From: an uncultured Acidobacteriota bacterium | GTDB lineage: Bacteria > Acidobacteriota > Terriglobia > Acidiferrales > UBA7541 | Assembly (NCBI GenBank): GCA_963751295.1 | Contig: CAVVUA010000004.1 | Span: 231,000 to 270,999, forward strand | Length of the DNA: 40,000 bases | Direction of reading: 5' to 3' | In this document: positions 20,835-29,515 of the stretch, piece after piece | How the letters are laid out: each line of letters starts with the position of its first letter | Numbering within the stretch: position 1 is the stretch's first letter | Program-made: the position numbers and the translations under genes | Notes under the pieces: model-generated | The model's input: the letters and a program-made list of their open reading frames with translations, nothing else | Database searches by the model: none | What the model was told of the DNA's origin: nothing

Positions 20835-21458
20835 TTATGCCCCTGCATGAGTTGTGCGACCTTTGGGCGCGGCTAGCGATTGCAAAGCTGCACGCAACAA
20901 TTTCTCGAAATTCGTTGTGCCAGCTTCGCGTTTGGCTTCGCTTGCCGCGGTTTCAGCGGCGCGCGCATCGTAGCCTAGATTGATTAACGCGGAGATTACA
21001 TCGGCTTCTGCGCCTGCGGGGGAGGCGACAGCTGGTTTCTGGGTTTCTAACACGACGGCTTCAAGCTTATCTTTTAGCTCAACGACCATGCGCTCAGCGG
21101 TTTTGCGGCCGACGCCGGGAATTTTCGTTAAGCGGCCCAAATCGTTGCCACGAATGGCAGGGACGAGTTCTTCAACACTCATGCCAGAGAGAATTTTCAA
21201 GGCCAAAGAAGGGCCGACGCCGGAAGCAGAGAGGAGCAACTCAAAAAGATGCTTCTCACGGGAGGAAACAAAGCCGTAGAGGGCGAGAGCGTCCTCGCGA
21301 ACATGCGTGTGAATGAGAAGGGTGACTTCGGTGTGGAGTTCACCGAGCGCGGCGTAAGAGGAAAGGGGGACTTGAACAAGGTAGCCTACGCCGCCGACAT
21401 CGACGAGCACTTGATTCGGGCGTTTTTCGGCGAGGCGTCCACGGAGTTGGCCAATCAT
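20835..21458 (-). CDS. ruvA: Holliday junction DNA-binding protein RuvA
   Basis: MIGQLRGRL...VDVGGVGY, HhH motifs (LTKIPGVGRKTAERM) and C-terminal domain III. Lies directly upstream of ruvB. Confidence 0.95.
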   Translation of the reverse strand: MIGQLRGRLAEKRPNQVLVDVGGVGYLVQVPLSSYAALGELHTEVTLLIHTHVREDALALYGFVSSREKHLFELLLSASGVGPSLALKILSGMSVEELVPAIRGNDLGRLTKIPGVGRKTAERMVVELKDKLEAVVLETQKPAVASPAGAEADVISALINLGYDARAAETAASEAKREAGTTNFEKLLRAALQSLAAPKGRTTHAGA

Positions 21459-21466
21459 GGAAGGCC

Positions 21467-21495
21467 AGTATTGCCGCCTTTTCTTCGCCTGTCAA
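21467..21495 (-). promoter_or_regulatory. candidate sigma70-like promoter of ruvA (TTGACA-17 nt-AATACT), with the -10 ending 8 nt before the ATG
   Basis: The minus strand reads TTGACAggcgaagaaaaggcggcAATACTggccttccATG. Five of the six -35 bases lie inside the left copy of the 14-bp target duplication. Confidence 0.3.
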
Positions 21496-21504
21496 CGCGG
21501 TTGG
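21491..21504. repeat. left copy of the 14-bp target-site duplication GTCAACGCGGTTGG
   Basis: Identical 14-mer at 36767-36780. Each copy directly abuts the outer end of a terminal inverted repeat. Confidence 0.85.
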
Positions 21505-21587
21505 GGGTTAAGTTACAGGCGGGGGAAAAGTGATACACCCCTGAAACGCAGTCTTTCTCAATTGAGCGCCGTTGAAATGGAAGTGCG
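21505..21587 (+). repeat. left terminal inverted repeat (36-bp perfect core 21505-21540, second conserved block 21564-21587)
   Basis: GGGTTAAGTTACAGGCGGGGGAAAAGTGATACACCC is identical to the reverse complement of 36731-36766. AGCGCCGTTGAAATGGAA(G/A)TGCG is also shared. The ORF track shows the same peptide, LSYRRGKSDTP, at both ends. Confidence 0.92.
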
Positions 21588-21842
21588 TGGGTTCTCAGTT
21601 AGTAGATTGAGATTTGTGCGGGAATGCGCATGGTGCTAATCACGGATGAGAATGAAAGACTTCGTCCGAAAAGGGTTGGGCACAAACGGAGAAAACCTCG
21701 TGAACGCAGGTCACTGCGACCGTCTCTCTTCCGTATCTTGTTGAAGGTGTTCGACTAAGATTATCAAGTGCACGGGTTTTGCGCATCCGGGAGCAACAAC
21801 GAGCTCCGCGGGGTAATATAAACGGTTTCGTGAGGTAGGCAA

Positions 21843-23108
21843 ATGCCGTGGTATGCATACGGCTATTTCGTCAGGCTGCCCGATCGCCGTATCGTTCATG
21901 CCGGCCATGATTTTGGTCCAACGCTCGATCTTTACACGGTAGGCAGCAGCCTCGGCGTGAAAGGCGATACGGAGGGATTCGTAATTGGCATACTGAAGGG
22001 GGAGCCGGCAAAATTGAGCGGTGGCTACGACGTTTTTGTGCTTGTGGAGCAGAGACGCGTCCGCGAGAAAGGATCTTCACCACCGCCAGCTTGGGACTTC
22101 TTCCAAAGAGATGAGGGGCGCGAATTTGTCGAGACGTTGATGGTTGGCCCTGCAAGGCTTGTTAGCAGGCCTCAAATTCAGGCGACTTTCCAGGGCCAGA
22201 AATTCCGGGCCGTAGGTAAGAATCTCTATCGGCGACCTCTGAATGAGAGTTTCTATGATTTCGAGGTAAATCATCTTCTGTGGCTACTCGGCGAGGACTG
22301 GTACAACGCCGAGATGGGGAAACATCCTGACGAGCGGCATGTCATTTTGAAATGGCGTGCAGAGCGCAACGAGCAGCTACGGAGATATCAAGATCCCAAG
22401 GACCCAGCCGGGCTAGTGCGCGCACCTGTCACTGGCGGCATGAGGGCTCTTCAAGTTTTAGCTGACGACCTCTACCAATTGGCTCACGCGCTTGAACCGC
22501 CCAGGAAGATTCTCGCCCGGCTCCGCGACATCAAGCATTTCCAGGGAGCAAGGTACGAGATCTTGACCGCTAGTCTGTTTGCTCGTTGTGGTTTTGAAGT
22601 TGAGTTTATAGAGGACAGCTCGCAAAGGAATCCTGAATTTATCGCTCAGAAAGACGGCGAAAGGATAGCGGTAGAGGCCAAGAGTAGGCATCGTGCCGGC
22701 GTCCTTAATGAGAGGGGCGACTTTCGGAAAGACGCAGCCGCAGAGATTCGTCGGTTGTACGAGGACGCAGCAGGTCAAAATCCTGGAGCATTTCCGTTTT
22801 TGATTTTCATCGATGTGAACCTGCCGTTGACGCCAGAGGTCCCCCCGCTAGAAAAGCAGTGGATCATTGAGGCGATGCAGGTGTTCGAGCACCGCGAACA
22901 AGAAGGCCTCCAAAATAGGGACACGGTTCTGATTCTCACCAATTTTGGCTGGCATTTTTCACGAGAGGAAGGCGCGCCGCCTGGGGAAAACTTTTGGGCA
23001 CGAGTCGAGCACCCCCAATATCCTGTCCGGATGAGTACTCTGGATCTTTTGGCTCGCGCACTGGGTGAATACGGAAAAGTAGTTGATGAGGAAGAACGAC
23101 GCGGTTAG
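21843..23108 (+). CDS. hypothetical protein with a C-terminal PD-(D/E)xK nuclease-like motif (casposon cargo)
   Basis: 421-aa ORF. GARYEILTASLFARCGFEVEFIEDSSQRNPEFIAQKDGERIAVEAKSR fits an E...PE...ExK restriction-endonuclease-like core. Confidence 0.55.
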   Translation: MPWYAYGYFVRLPDRRIVHAGHDFGPTLDLYTVGSSLGVKGDTEGFVIGILKGEPAKLSGGYDVFVLVEQRRVREKGSSPPPAWDFFQRDEGREFVETLMVGPARLVSRPQIQATFQGQKFRAVGKNLYRRPLNESFYDFEVNHLLWLLGEDWYNAEMGKHPDERHVILKWRAERNEQLRRYQDPKDPAGLVRAPVTGGMRALQVLADDLYQLAHALEPPRKILARLRDIKHFQGARYEILTASLFARCGFEVEFIEDSSQRNPEFIAQKDGERIAVEAKSRHRAGVLNERGDFRKDAAAEIRRLYEDAAGQNPGAFPFLIFIDVNLPLTPEVPPLEKQWIIEAMQVFEHREQEGLQNRDTVLILTNFGWHFSREEGAPPGENFWARVEHPQYPVRMSTLDLLARALGEYGKVVDEEERRG

Positions 23109-23241
23109 CGATTAGTTAACTGCAAGAATTGAATTCGGATTGAACGCCGGTCCCCGCAACCGTCGCTCGGCCAGCCATCTCGAACGAGCAGCAGGGTTTG
23201 TTTTTCAATTGCACTTGCTTTGCACAGATCGCTCCGTCTGA

Positions 23242-24021
23242 TCAGTATCCCTTGGGAGCAATTATGACTTTCACCGCGAATCCATCTTCAATTCTGCTGA
23301 GGTCGTCCTCGATACCGCGCGGATTTGTTACCCGTCCCTCAGGATCGTAGACGAAACAGATGAGTCGTTTGCAGCCTTGGTGGGCCCGATATCGGGCGAT
23401 ATCCTCGATGAGTTGGCTGCCGATCTCTTTTGCGGCTAATCCTACGCGAGTTTTCTTGGTCTCAATCACATTATCCGGTGGCAAAAAAAAATCCATACGT
23501 GACGATTTACCTGCGTAGCTGGGTGTCCACTCCTCAGTCCTTATGTCTTCGAAAAAGACCCGGAGCATCGCGTGCATGAGATCTTGAACGTCATACTCGT
23601 CAGCGACATCGATGCTCGGCCGGTTATCATGTCGGTCTCTAATTTGCATCGCTACTGTGTGAAATCGCATACACAAGAGTTCGATGGCATCGGTATGCTG
23701 AGGGAGAACGGGAACCGCAGGGGTGATGATGAGTTCGTCAGAAACATCCTTTGCGCCGGGCTCCCCCCGATACCAATCCAAGTGTCCCTGGAAAGCGAAA
23801 AGACCAGTGTAACCGCTGGCAAATTCGGTTCGCCCTTCCTCCGTCTGAACGATTTGGACGCGCTCTATCTGGTCGGGCATTATCGTGCGCCCACCCAGAA
23901 TGATCGGTTGCCAACTCTTATAGGGAACGAGTACTTGCCGCTCTAGTTGCTCACGCGTGATGCTGAGCCTCACTTCGAGAGGTGGAATCTTGGTCGTATG
24001 AATCACAACGTGGAAATTCAT
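23242..24021 (-). CDS. PD-(D/E)xK nuclease-like protein (casposon cargo, downstream of cas1 on the same strand)
   Basis: 259-aa ORF. DEYDVQDLMHAMLRVFFEDIRTEEWTPSYAGKSSRMDFFLPPDNVIETKK gives a D/E...D...ExK arrangement. Confidence 0.6.
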   Translation of the reverse strand: MNFHVVIHTTKIPPLEVRLSITREQLERQVLVPYKSWQPIILGGRTIMPDQIERVQIVQTEEGRTEFASGYTGLFAFQGHLDWYRGEPGAKDVSDELIITPAVPVLPQHTDAIELLCMRFHTVAMQIRDRHDNRPSIDVADEYDVQDLMHAMLRVFFEDIRTEEWTPSYAGKSSRMDFFLPPDNVIETKKTRVGLAAKEIGSQLIEDIARYRAHQGCKRLICFVYDPEGRVTNPRGIEDDLSRIEDGFAVKVIIAPKGY

Positions 24022-24178
24022 AATCGTCCCAGTATCTGCCCGACAGTTCGCGCAGAGCAGACATGGATTCTAGTCCTGGTTTCCGACTACGCACAAGAAT
24101 AGAAGAGCGACCTTGGGGTGAACTCAGGTTCACCGAACCGTTGCTCACTCTCAAGTGACCCTGGACGACTTCCGGGCG

Positions 24179-25396
24179 TTACGCAGAAACGCAGTTACCG
24201 CAGACCGGACTGGTGGAAAGTCGAATCTGGCCACACACTCGACAAAGCATAGGCCTCGCACGTTTAGTATCGCCCACACCTCCGTTGAGTTTTTCTCTGC
24301 CCTCGCTTTTGTGAGCCTGCGTCAACCGAGTCGCCGGAACTTGAGTCCGCACCTGTCGCATTTTCGAATCCCAAATGCATCGGGCAATCCACTCGGCAAA
24401 GGCGCTAACGGCGGTGCGCCACATTGTCGCTGTTTCCGACAGGATTTCAGCAAACGATCCCATAAGCCGACAATTGCCGTCGCGCTGTTCGAAGAACCAC
24501 TCACGCCTTAATTGTTCTTTAAGCAGTAGATCGAGAACTAGACAGTCAACCTTCGGTCGGATGGGTTCCATGAGGTCGCAAGCAAGACTGTCGCGACTGC
24601 GCAAATCGTTGTGCAGAACTCCAATACCTGGATCTAGCCCGAGTGTGGCAAGTGCCAATCGAGACTCGGACTCCAACACCGCATATAAGTAGTTCAAAAT
24701 TGCGTTGGCTGGATTGACAGCCAGTCGCGGCGAGTTGGTAAGAGGCGATATGCGGCTCCCAAATCGCCGCCAGTGTTCTGGAATTTTCGACGAATCTGAC
24801 TTGCTGAAATTCACAGGAAGCTCTCGCATTGCACTCCAATAGGCTTTAGCGCCTTTGGCTTCCCATCGCCTGATTTCCTCTTTTGATTTTGCAGTGCCGA
24901 CTAGCTTCCGTGCAGCTGCGATGTCAGATGAGCAGGGCGACTCCCTGAAGTAAGTGTTTATGATTCTTTCTTGCGCCAAGAGTTTTTCTGAAATCAATTC
25001 TCGGGCAATCTTTAGAGCAATGCCGGACTCTTGCGCAAGACTTTGGGATCGTCGGAGCCGCGCATCAGATGGGTTCACCGGGCCGGTTGTCGCCAAGACT
25101 TTTCCGTCTCGCTCAAGCAAAACGAAACTTGCGTCTTGGTCTGCGAGCCATCTAAGGGCCGCAAGCGAAACCGATCCGTCCGATCCAATAGCCACGACTC
25201 GCTTAATGCCATGCCTCACTCGGGCAAACCGACCGTAGCGACGCCTTGGCCCAATTCTGTCCTCCAAAATGAGATGGCCGCGGTCAACACACAGACGGGT
25301 GCCATAGCCGTAGAGAGTTACGACGCCACGGTGCGGCGTAATTGGAGTGAAATTGCACTGCGGTCGATCTTGCGGTACGGTCAGCGTAGCTGCCAT
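24179..25396 (-). CDS. cas1: Cas1-family integrase (casposase-like), with a C-terminal CxxC...CxxC zinc-ribbon tail
   Basis: N-terminal beta domain (LILEDRIG..., KRVVAIGSDGSVSLAALRWLADQDASFVLLERDGKV). Catalytic helical domain with WEAKGAKAYW (E), NPANAILNYLYAVLESE and GVLHNDLRSRDSLACDLMEPIRPKVD (H, D/E). The tail is CRVCGQIRLSTSPVCGNC. Confidence 0.9.
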   Translation of the reverse strand: MAATLTVPQDRPQCNFTPITPHRGVVTLYGYGTRLCVDRGHLILEDRIGPRRRYGRFARVRHGIKRVVAIGSDGSVSLAALRWLADQDASFVLLERDGKVLATTGPVNPSDARLRRSQSLAQESGIALKIARELISEKLLAQERIINTYFRESPCSSDIAAARKLVGTAKSKEEIRRWEAKGAKAYWSAMRELPVNFSKSDSSKIPEHWRRFGSRISPLTNSPRLAVNPANAILNYLYAVLESESRLALATLGLDPGIGVLHNDLRSRDSLACDLMEPIRPKVDCLVLDLLLKEQLRREWFFEQRDGNCRLMGSFAEILSETATMWRTAVSAFAEWIARCIWDSKMRQVRTQVPATRLTQAHKSEGREKLNGGVGDTKRARPMLCRVCGQIRLSTSPVCGNCVSA

Positions 25397-25794
25397 CGGA
25401 GTTCAAGCTCCCTTGGTGGTTAGGGCTTGTCGTCTGCGCAAACAGACGGCAGGCCCGTTTATTTCCTTCATTTTACCATCTAATGCCACTTCGGGCACAG
25501 GCGCGCACTTGACAGCCCAGTGGTGCACGGTGCAAATTCTATCTAGCAGCTGGGAACTAGTAGATATGCCTACGGCGGTCCCAAACCGCCCGAAGGGTAC
25601 AGTCCTCACTAGACCCGCGCTTCGCGATTCCAGTAGGAAGTAGCACTGGGCGTATCGGAATCAATCAGTATGCCCTGCATCTTGCATCGTGCAGGGAACG
25701 CAAAAGATTGATTGAGGCGAGGGAGAAAAAGGGACCTGGGCTCAGGCTGAGCAAACGAACTCCTGCAGATGACATCACTCTTGGAGTGTGTCAA

Positions 25795-26598
25795 ATGCAG
25801 GAATCGATTTTGCTTCGCAGTAGAGTTCTCTTCAGCCGTCGAGAGTTCTCAACGCTCACCGGCTTATCACTCAGAACAATCGCAAAGCTGATTGCCTCGC
25901 GAGAATTGAAGTCTATTCTCGTGGGACGGCGGCGGCTGATTCCACGTTCGGAGTTGGCTCGATTCATCAGGCGTGACCATCGCATCGGTGCGCCATCAAC
26001 GGCGGCTCTGCGACTCAGATCTGGCAACCGCAAGATTCGAAAGCCGCTCAAGAAACGCAAGACCCGTGGTGGTAATGGCCGTCGCGTAAATCAGAAACGT
26101 AGAAGCCCCCGCAAACGCGGTCGAGTGAGGCCGCAGAGAATCGGGCCAGCCATCACAGACCCACGCGTCGCCCGGGGTTTGGGGCTAATGCGTAGGGAGG
26201 GAGTGTCAGCTTCCGAGGCGGCTCGCCGAGAGCGAATGAAATTAGAGACTTTTCGGCGACGAGCGGGAAGATATCTTTATCGATCTGGCCCAGGCAAGCC
26301 TTGGAAAGCACGCAGCGAGGACCAACTGGCCTTCTCGATGACCGTCCTAACCAGCCGTGGGCCACTCGACGCTGTTATTCACAATTCGCGCGAACGGAGG
26401 CTGCTCCATCGATATGAAGTTGCCCTCAGAATGTTTCGAGCCGGTGAAGATGGAGTGGAAGCAGCACTCAAAGCGTTCAAAGGTAAGTCTGTTGGCGGAC
26501 ACAAGCTCATTACCGATACAAAACTGCTCATCGAATTAGAGGAAGCTGGGCTGCTCGATTTCGGCAGCCTCTATACTTCGTTCGGAGCACGGTCATGA
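25795..26598 (+). CDS. HTH (excisionase/MerR-like) DNA-binding protein with a highly basic linker; first gene of the polymerase operon
   Basis: FSTLTGLSLRTIAKLIASRELKSILVGRRRLIPRSELARFI is an HTH_17-like motif. It is followed by RKIRKPLKKRKTRGGNGRRVNQKRRSPRKRGR. The stop overlaps the next start (ATGA). Confidence 0.7.
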   Translation: MQESILLRSRVLFSRREFSTLTGLSLRTIAKLIASRELKSILVGRRRLIPRSELARFIRRDHRIGAPSTAALRLRSGNRKIRKPLKKRKTRGGNGRRVNQKRRSPRKRGRVRPQRIGPAITDPRVARGLGLMRREGVSASEAARRERMKLETFRRRAGRYLYRSGPGKPWKARSEDQLAFSMTVLTSRGPLDAVIHNSRERRLLHRYEVALRMFRAGEDGVEAALKAFKGKSVGGHKLITDTKLLIELEEAGLLDFGSLYTSFGARS

Positions 26599-26888
26599 GA
26601 TCGCGCGACGGGTCACAGCCTATCTGCGTGATTTGTGGCAAGGACGCTACGTTGGAATTCAACCATGCCGCGGGTAAGAAACATATACCGTGGTTCAAAA
26701 TTCCCTTTTGCGAGCAGCATCATCATCAGTTTCATCGCCTACTAGAAAGTGTGGGCCTTAACCTTCGCTACACACCCAATAAGTTGAAACGCTTGGTAAT
26801 TGCGGCACTTGCCCTGACTATAGCTCTATGGATGGTGCTTCAAGCCCTCGGGGAAACCGTCTCGCATCTTCCCGAAAAGGACACTTAG
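26595..26888 (+). CDS. small HNH-like nuclease-motif protein with a C-terminal TM helix
   Basis: CVICGKDATLEFNHAAGKKH...PFCEQHHHQFH resembles a CxxC...HNH...CxxH beta-beta-alpha-Me finger. Translationally coupled to the upstream gene. Confidence 0.5.
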   Translation: MRSRDGSQPICVICGKDATLEFNHAAGKKHIPWFKIPFCEQHHHQFHRLLESVGLNLRYTPNKLKRLVIAALALTIALWMVLQALGETVSHLPEKDT

Positions 26889-26902
26889 CCACCAAAAGAG
26901 AT

Positions 26903-29141
26903 ATGTCTGAGCAGGAATCTCCCGAAATCTTCGTGCGGGCGCATACAATCGTCCGCACGAAGAAGAACGCGAGGGATCGCAGATGGTCGCCAAAATGGCC
27001 CAAGTACTGCCTCATCTTCGATACCGAAACCACTCTTGATCCCACTCAGAAACTTAATTTTGGTGCCTACCGCCGATGCCAACGCGTGGGTGATAAATAT
27101 ATATGTGTGGCCGAAGGAATTTTCTATAAGGATGATCTTCCTGAACGCAAATTAAAACTCGTACAGCGATACAAGAGCAACCCTAAGACTCTTCCATCGA
27201 TTGAAGTGTTTCCCGCGCAAATGGCGCTCGGTCTGATGAGTCGCTCTGCATTTGTCAGTCGAATCTTTTGGAAATCCGTGCGGAAAGGGGAGCTGATTGT
27301 TGGTTTTAATTTGCCGTTCGACCTATCGCGATTGGCGATCAAAGCGACTGCCGGAAAAAAGGGTGACTGGTCCTTAGCACTCTCCCAGCTTTGGGAGAAT
27401 CCCAAGACAGGGCGAATCGTACCAAACCCGAAGCGACCCCGAATTATTGTTGACGCTCAAAACAGCAAGATGGCTTTTATCAAACTAGGCAGCATTTTGC
27501 ACAAGAAGGAGTGGCCAAAAGAAGGTCGCTTCCTTGATCTGCGAACTCTCGGCTGGGCGTTAAGGAATGTGTCCTTTAGCTTGAAAGTTGCCTGTAAGAA
27601 GTTCCACGTCAAAGGGAAACCAGATCACAAGCCCTCAGGAGAGATCAATTCCGAAGAGATGGAGTACTGTCGAGGTGATGTGGCGGCCACGCACCGCTTG
27701 CTAAATGCGATGATGGCGGAATTTAATCGGAATCCTCTTGATTTGCATCCCGACAAAGCCTACTCACCTGCTTCGATTGCCAAAGACTATTTGACGGAAA
27801 TGGGAATCAAGCAGCCCAAGGATCATTTCGAAGTCCCTAACAAGACTTTGGGAATTGCAATGCAAAGTTATTATGGCGGTCGGGCAGAGTGCCGGATCAG
27901 AAAAACTCCCGTTCCAGTGATCCACACTGACTTCACCAGCCAATATCCAACTGTCAACGCACTCTTGGGAAACTGGAATGTGCTTACTTCCAGCTCTGTC
28001 CGGTTTGTAAATTGCAAAGCATCTGCCAAAAAGCTGCTTTCGAAAGTATCTCTGAAAAACATGTTTGATCCGGGTTTCTGGAAACAGCTCTCGTTCTTTG
28101 CGCTTGTAAAGCCCAAGAACGACATTCTTCCAGTGAGAACGATTTACAAAGGAAGAACGCAGAATATCGGACTTAATTATCTGACTTCTGACAAACCCAT
28201 TTGGTATGCGGGCCCCGATCTCATAGCTTCCAAAATCCTCACCAAGAGAGCTCCCAAAATCCTAAAAGCGCTCCGCATGGTGCCACACGGTCGACAATTA
28301 AATTTGCAATCTCGAAATCTACAGGGAATGGTGGAAATAAATCCTGCAAAGGATGATTTCTATCGGAAGGTAATCGAACAGAGAATCTCCCATAAAGCAC
28401 AAAACAAGCCTTTGGCTGACTTTCTCAAAGTACTGGCAAACTCGGGAAGTTATGGCTTGTTCGTGGAGGTAAATACCGAAACGAAGAAAAAAGAAACGAA
28501 AGTGCCTTATTTTTCCGGCGAGAAAAAAGGAAGAATCCCCTCTACCTACGTAGAAAAGCCAGGCGCTTGGTATTTTCCTCCGGTGGCATCTCTCATTACA
28601 TCTGGTGGCAGGTTATTACTCGCGATGCTGGAAAAGAGTGTCGATGAAAGTAGGGGAAGCTACTTGTTCTGCGATACTGATTCGCTTTGCATCGTGGGGA
28701 CGGAAACGGGGAGTTTTGTTCCTTGCGTAGGGGGGAAGCATTTTTCCAAAGGAAAACCAGGCTTCAGAGCACTGTCACTGCGGGAAGTAAGATCAATCGC
28801 AAGTAAATTCAGAAAACTAAACCCGTACAATCCTTCCCTCGTAACTGAAATCCTCAAGATCGAAGACATCAACTTCTTGGATGACGATCCCAAGAAACGA
28901 TTCCGCCAGCTTTTTGGCTACGCGATTTCCGCGAAAAGATATGCGCTTTACACAAGATCGGGAAGTGACATTCAAATTGAAAAAGCCAGCGGGCACGGTC
29001 TCGGATATCTCTGTGCGCCAAAGGAAAGAGAAGATGATGAGAAAACTGATGAGGAAACAGATGAGGATGAAGCGCCGCAGTGGGTAACGGAAGCTTGGGA
29101 CTTTCTTTTGAGGAAAGAACTGGGATTGCACTCCAAGGAAC
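26903..29141 (+). pseudogene. family-B DNA polymerase, N-terminal ~746 codons (exonuclease and polymerase core), truncated by an IS3 insertion
   Basis: ExoI CLIFDTETT, ExoII GFNLPFDLSRL, ExoIII YCRGDVAATH, SYYGGR, motif A HTDFTSQYPTV, motif B KVLANSGSYGLF, motif C LFCDTDSLCI, KxY AISAKRYALY. The track ORF 26828..29272 continues into IS sequence. Confidence 0.9.
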
Positions 29142-29201
29142 TGTCTTGCCTCAGCTGGAACCGGAGAAGGCGTTCTTCCGTTAAGATAACGGAGAGGGCG
29201 C

Positions 29202-29510
29202 ATGAGAAAAGGGCGAAAGCACTACACCGGAGAAGAGAAGGTTGCCATCCTGAGACGGCACTTGTTGGATAAGGTGCCGGTTTCTGATCTCTGTGAGGAG
29301 CATGGACTGCAGCCGACCGTGTTCTACCGCTGGCAGAAAGAGTTCTTCGAGAATGGCGCGGCCGCCTTCCAGGGCAAGGGCCGGCAGGACCACCAAGGTG
29401 AACAACAACGGATCGAGTTCCTGGAAAAGAAGATCCACACCAAAGACGAGGTGCTGGCTGAATTGATGGCCGAGCACATCGCCTTAAAAAAAAGTCTTGG
29501 GGAGCTCTGA
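29202..29510 (+). CDS. IS3-family transposase OrfA (HTH)
   Basis: MRKGRKHYTGEEKVAILRRHLLDKVPVSDLCEEHGLQPTVFYRWQKEF is typical of IS3 OrfA. Confidence 0.9.
   Translation: MRKGRKHYTGEEKVAILRRHLLDKVPVSDLCEEHGLQPTVFYRWQKEFFENGAAAFQGKGRQDHQGEQQRIEFLEKKIHTKDEVLAELMAEHIALKKSLGEL
29486..29494 (+). other. programmed -1 ribosomal frameshift site (A AAA AAA AG) joining OrfA to OrfB
   Basis: A run of eight A followed by G. A shift from the orfA frame to -1 reads ...KKSWGALTKVWVPPDV, which merges with the OrfB N-terminus. Confidence 0.75.
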
Positions 29511-29515
29511 CCAAA

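Noticed and set aside
26828-29272. The PolB ORF exactly as listed in the track
   Set aside because: The 5' 75 nt overlap the HNH-like gene, so the ATG at 26903 right after its stop is more plausible. The last ~44 codons (LSCLSWNRRRRSS...) are a read-through of the IS3 left end, not polymerase sequence.
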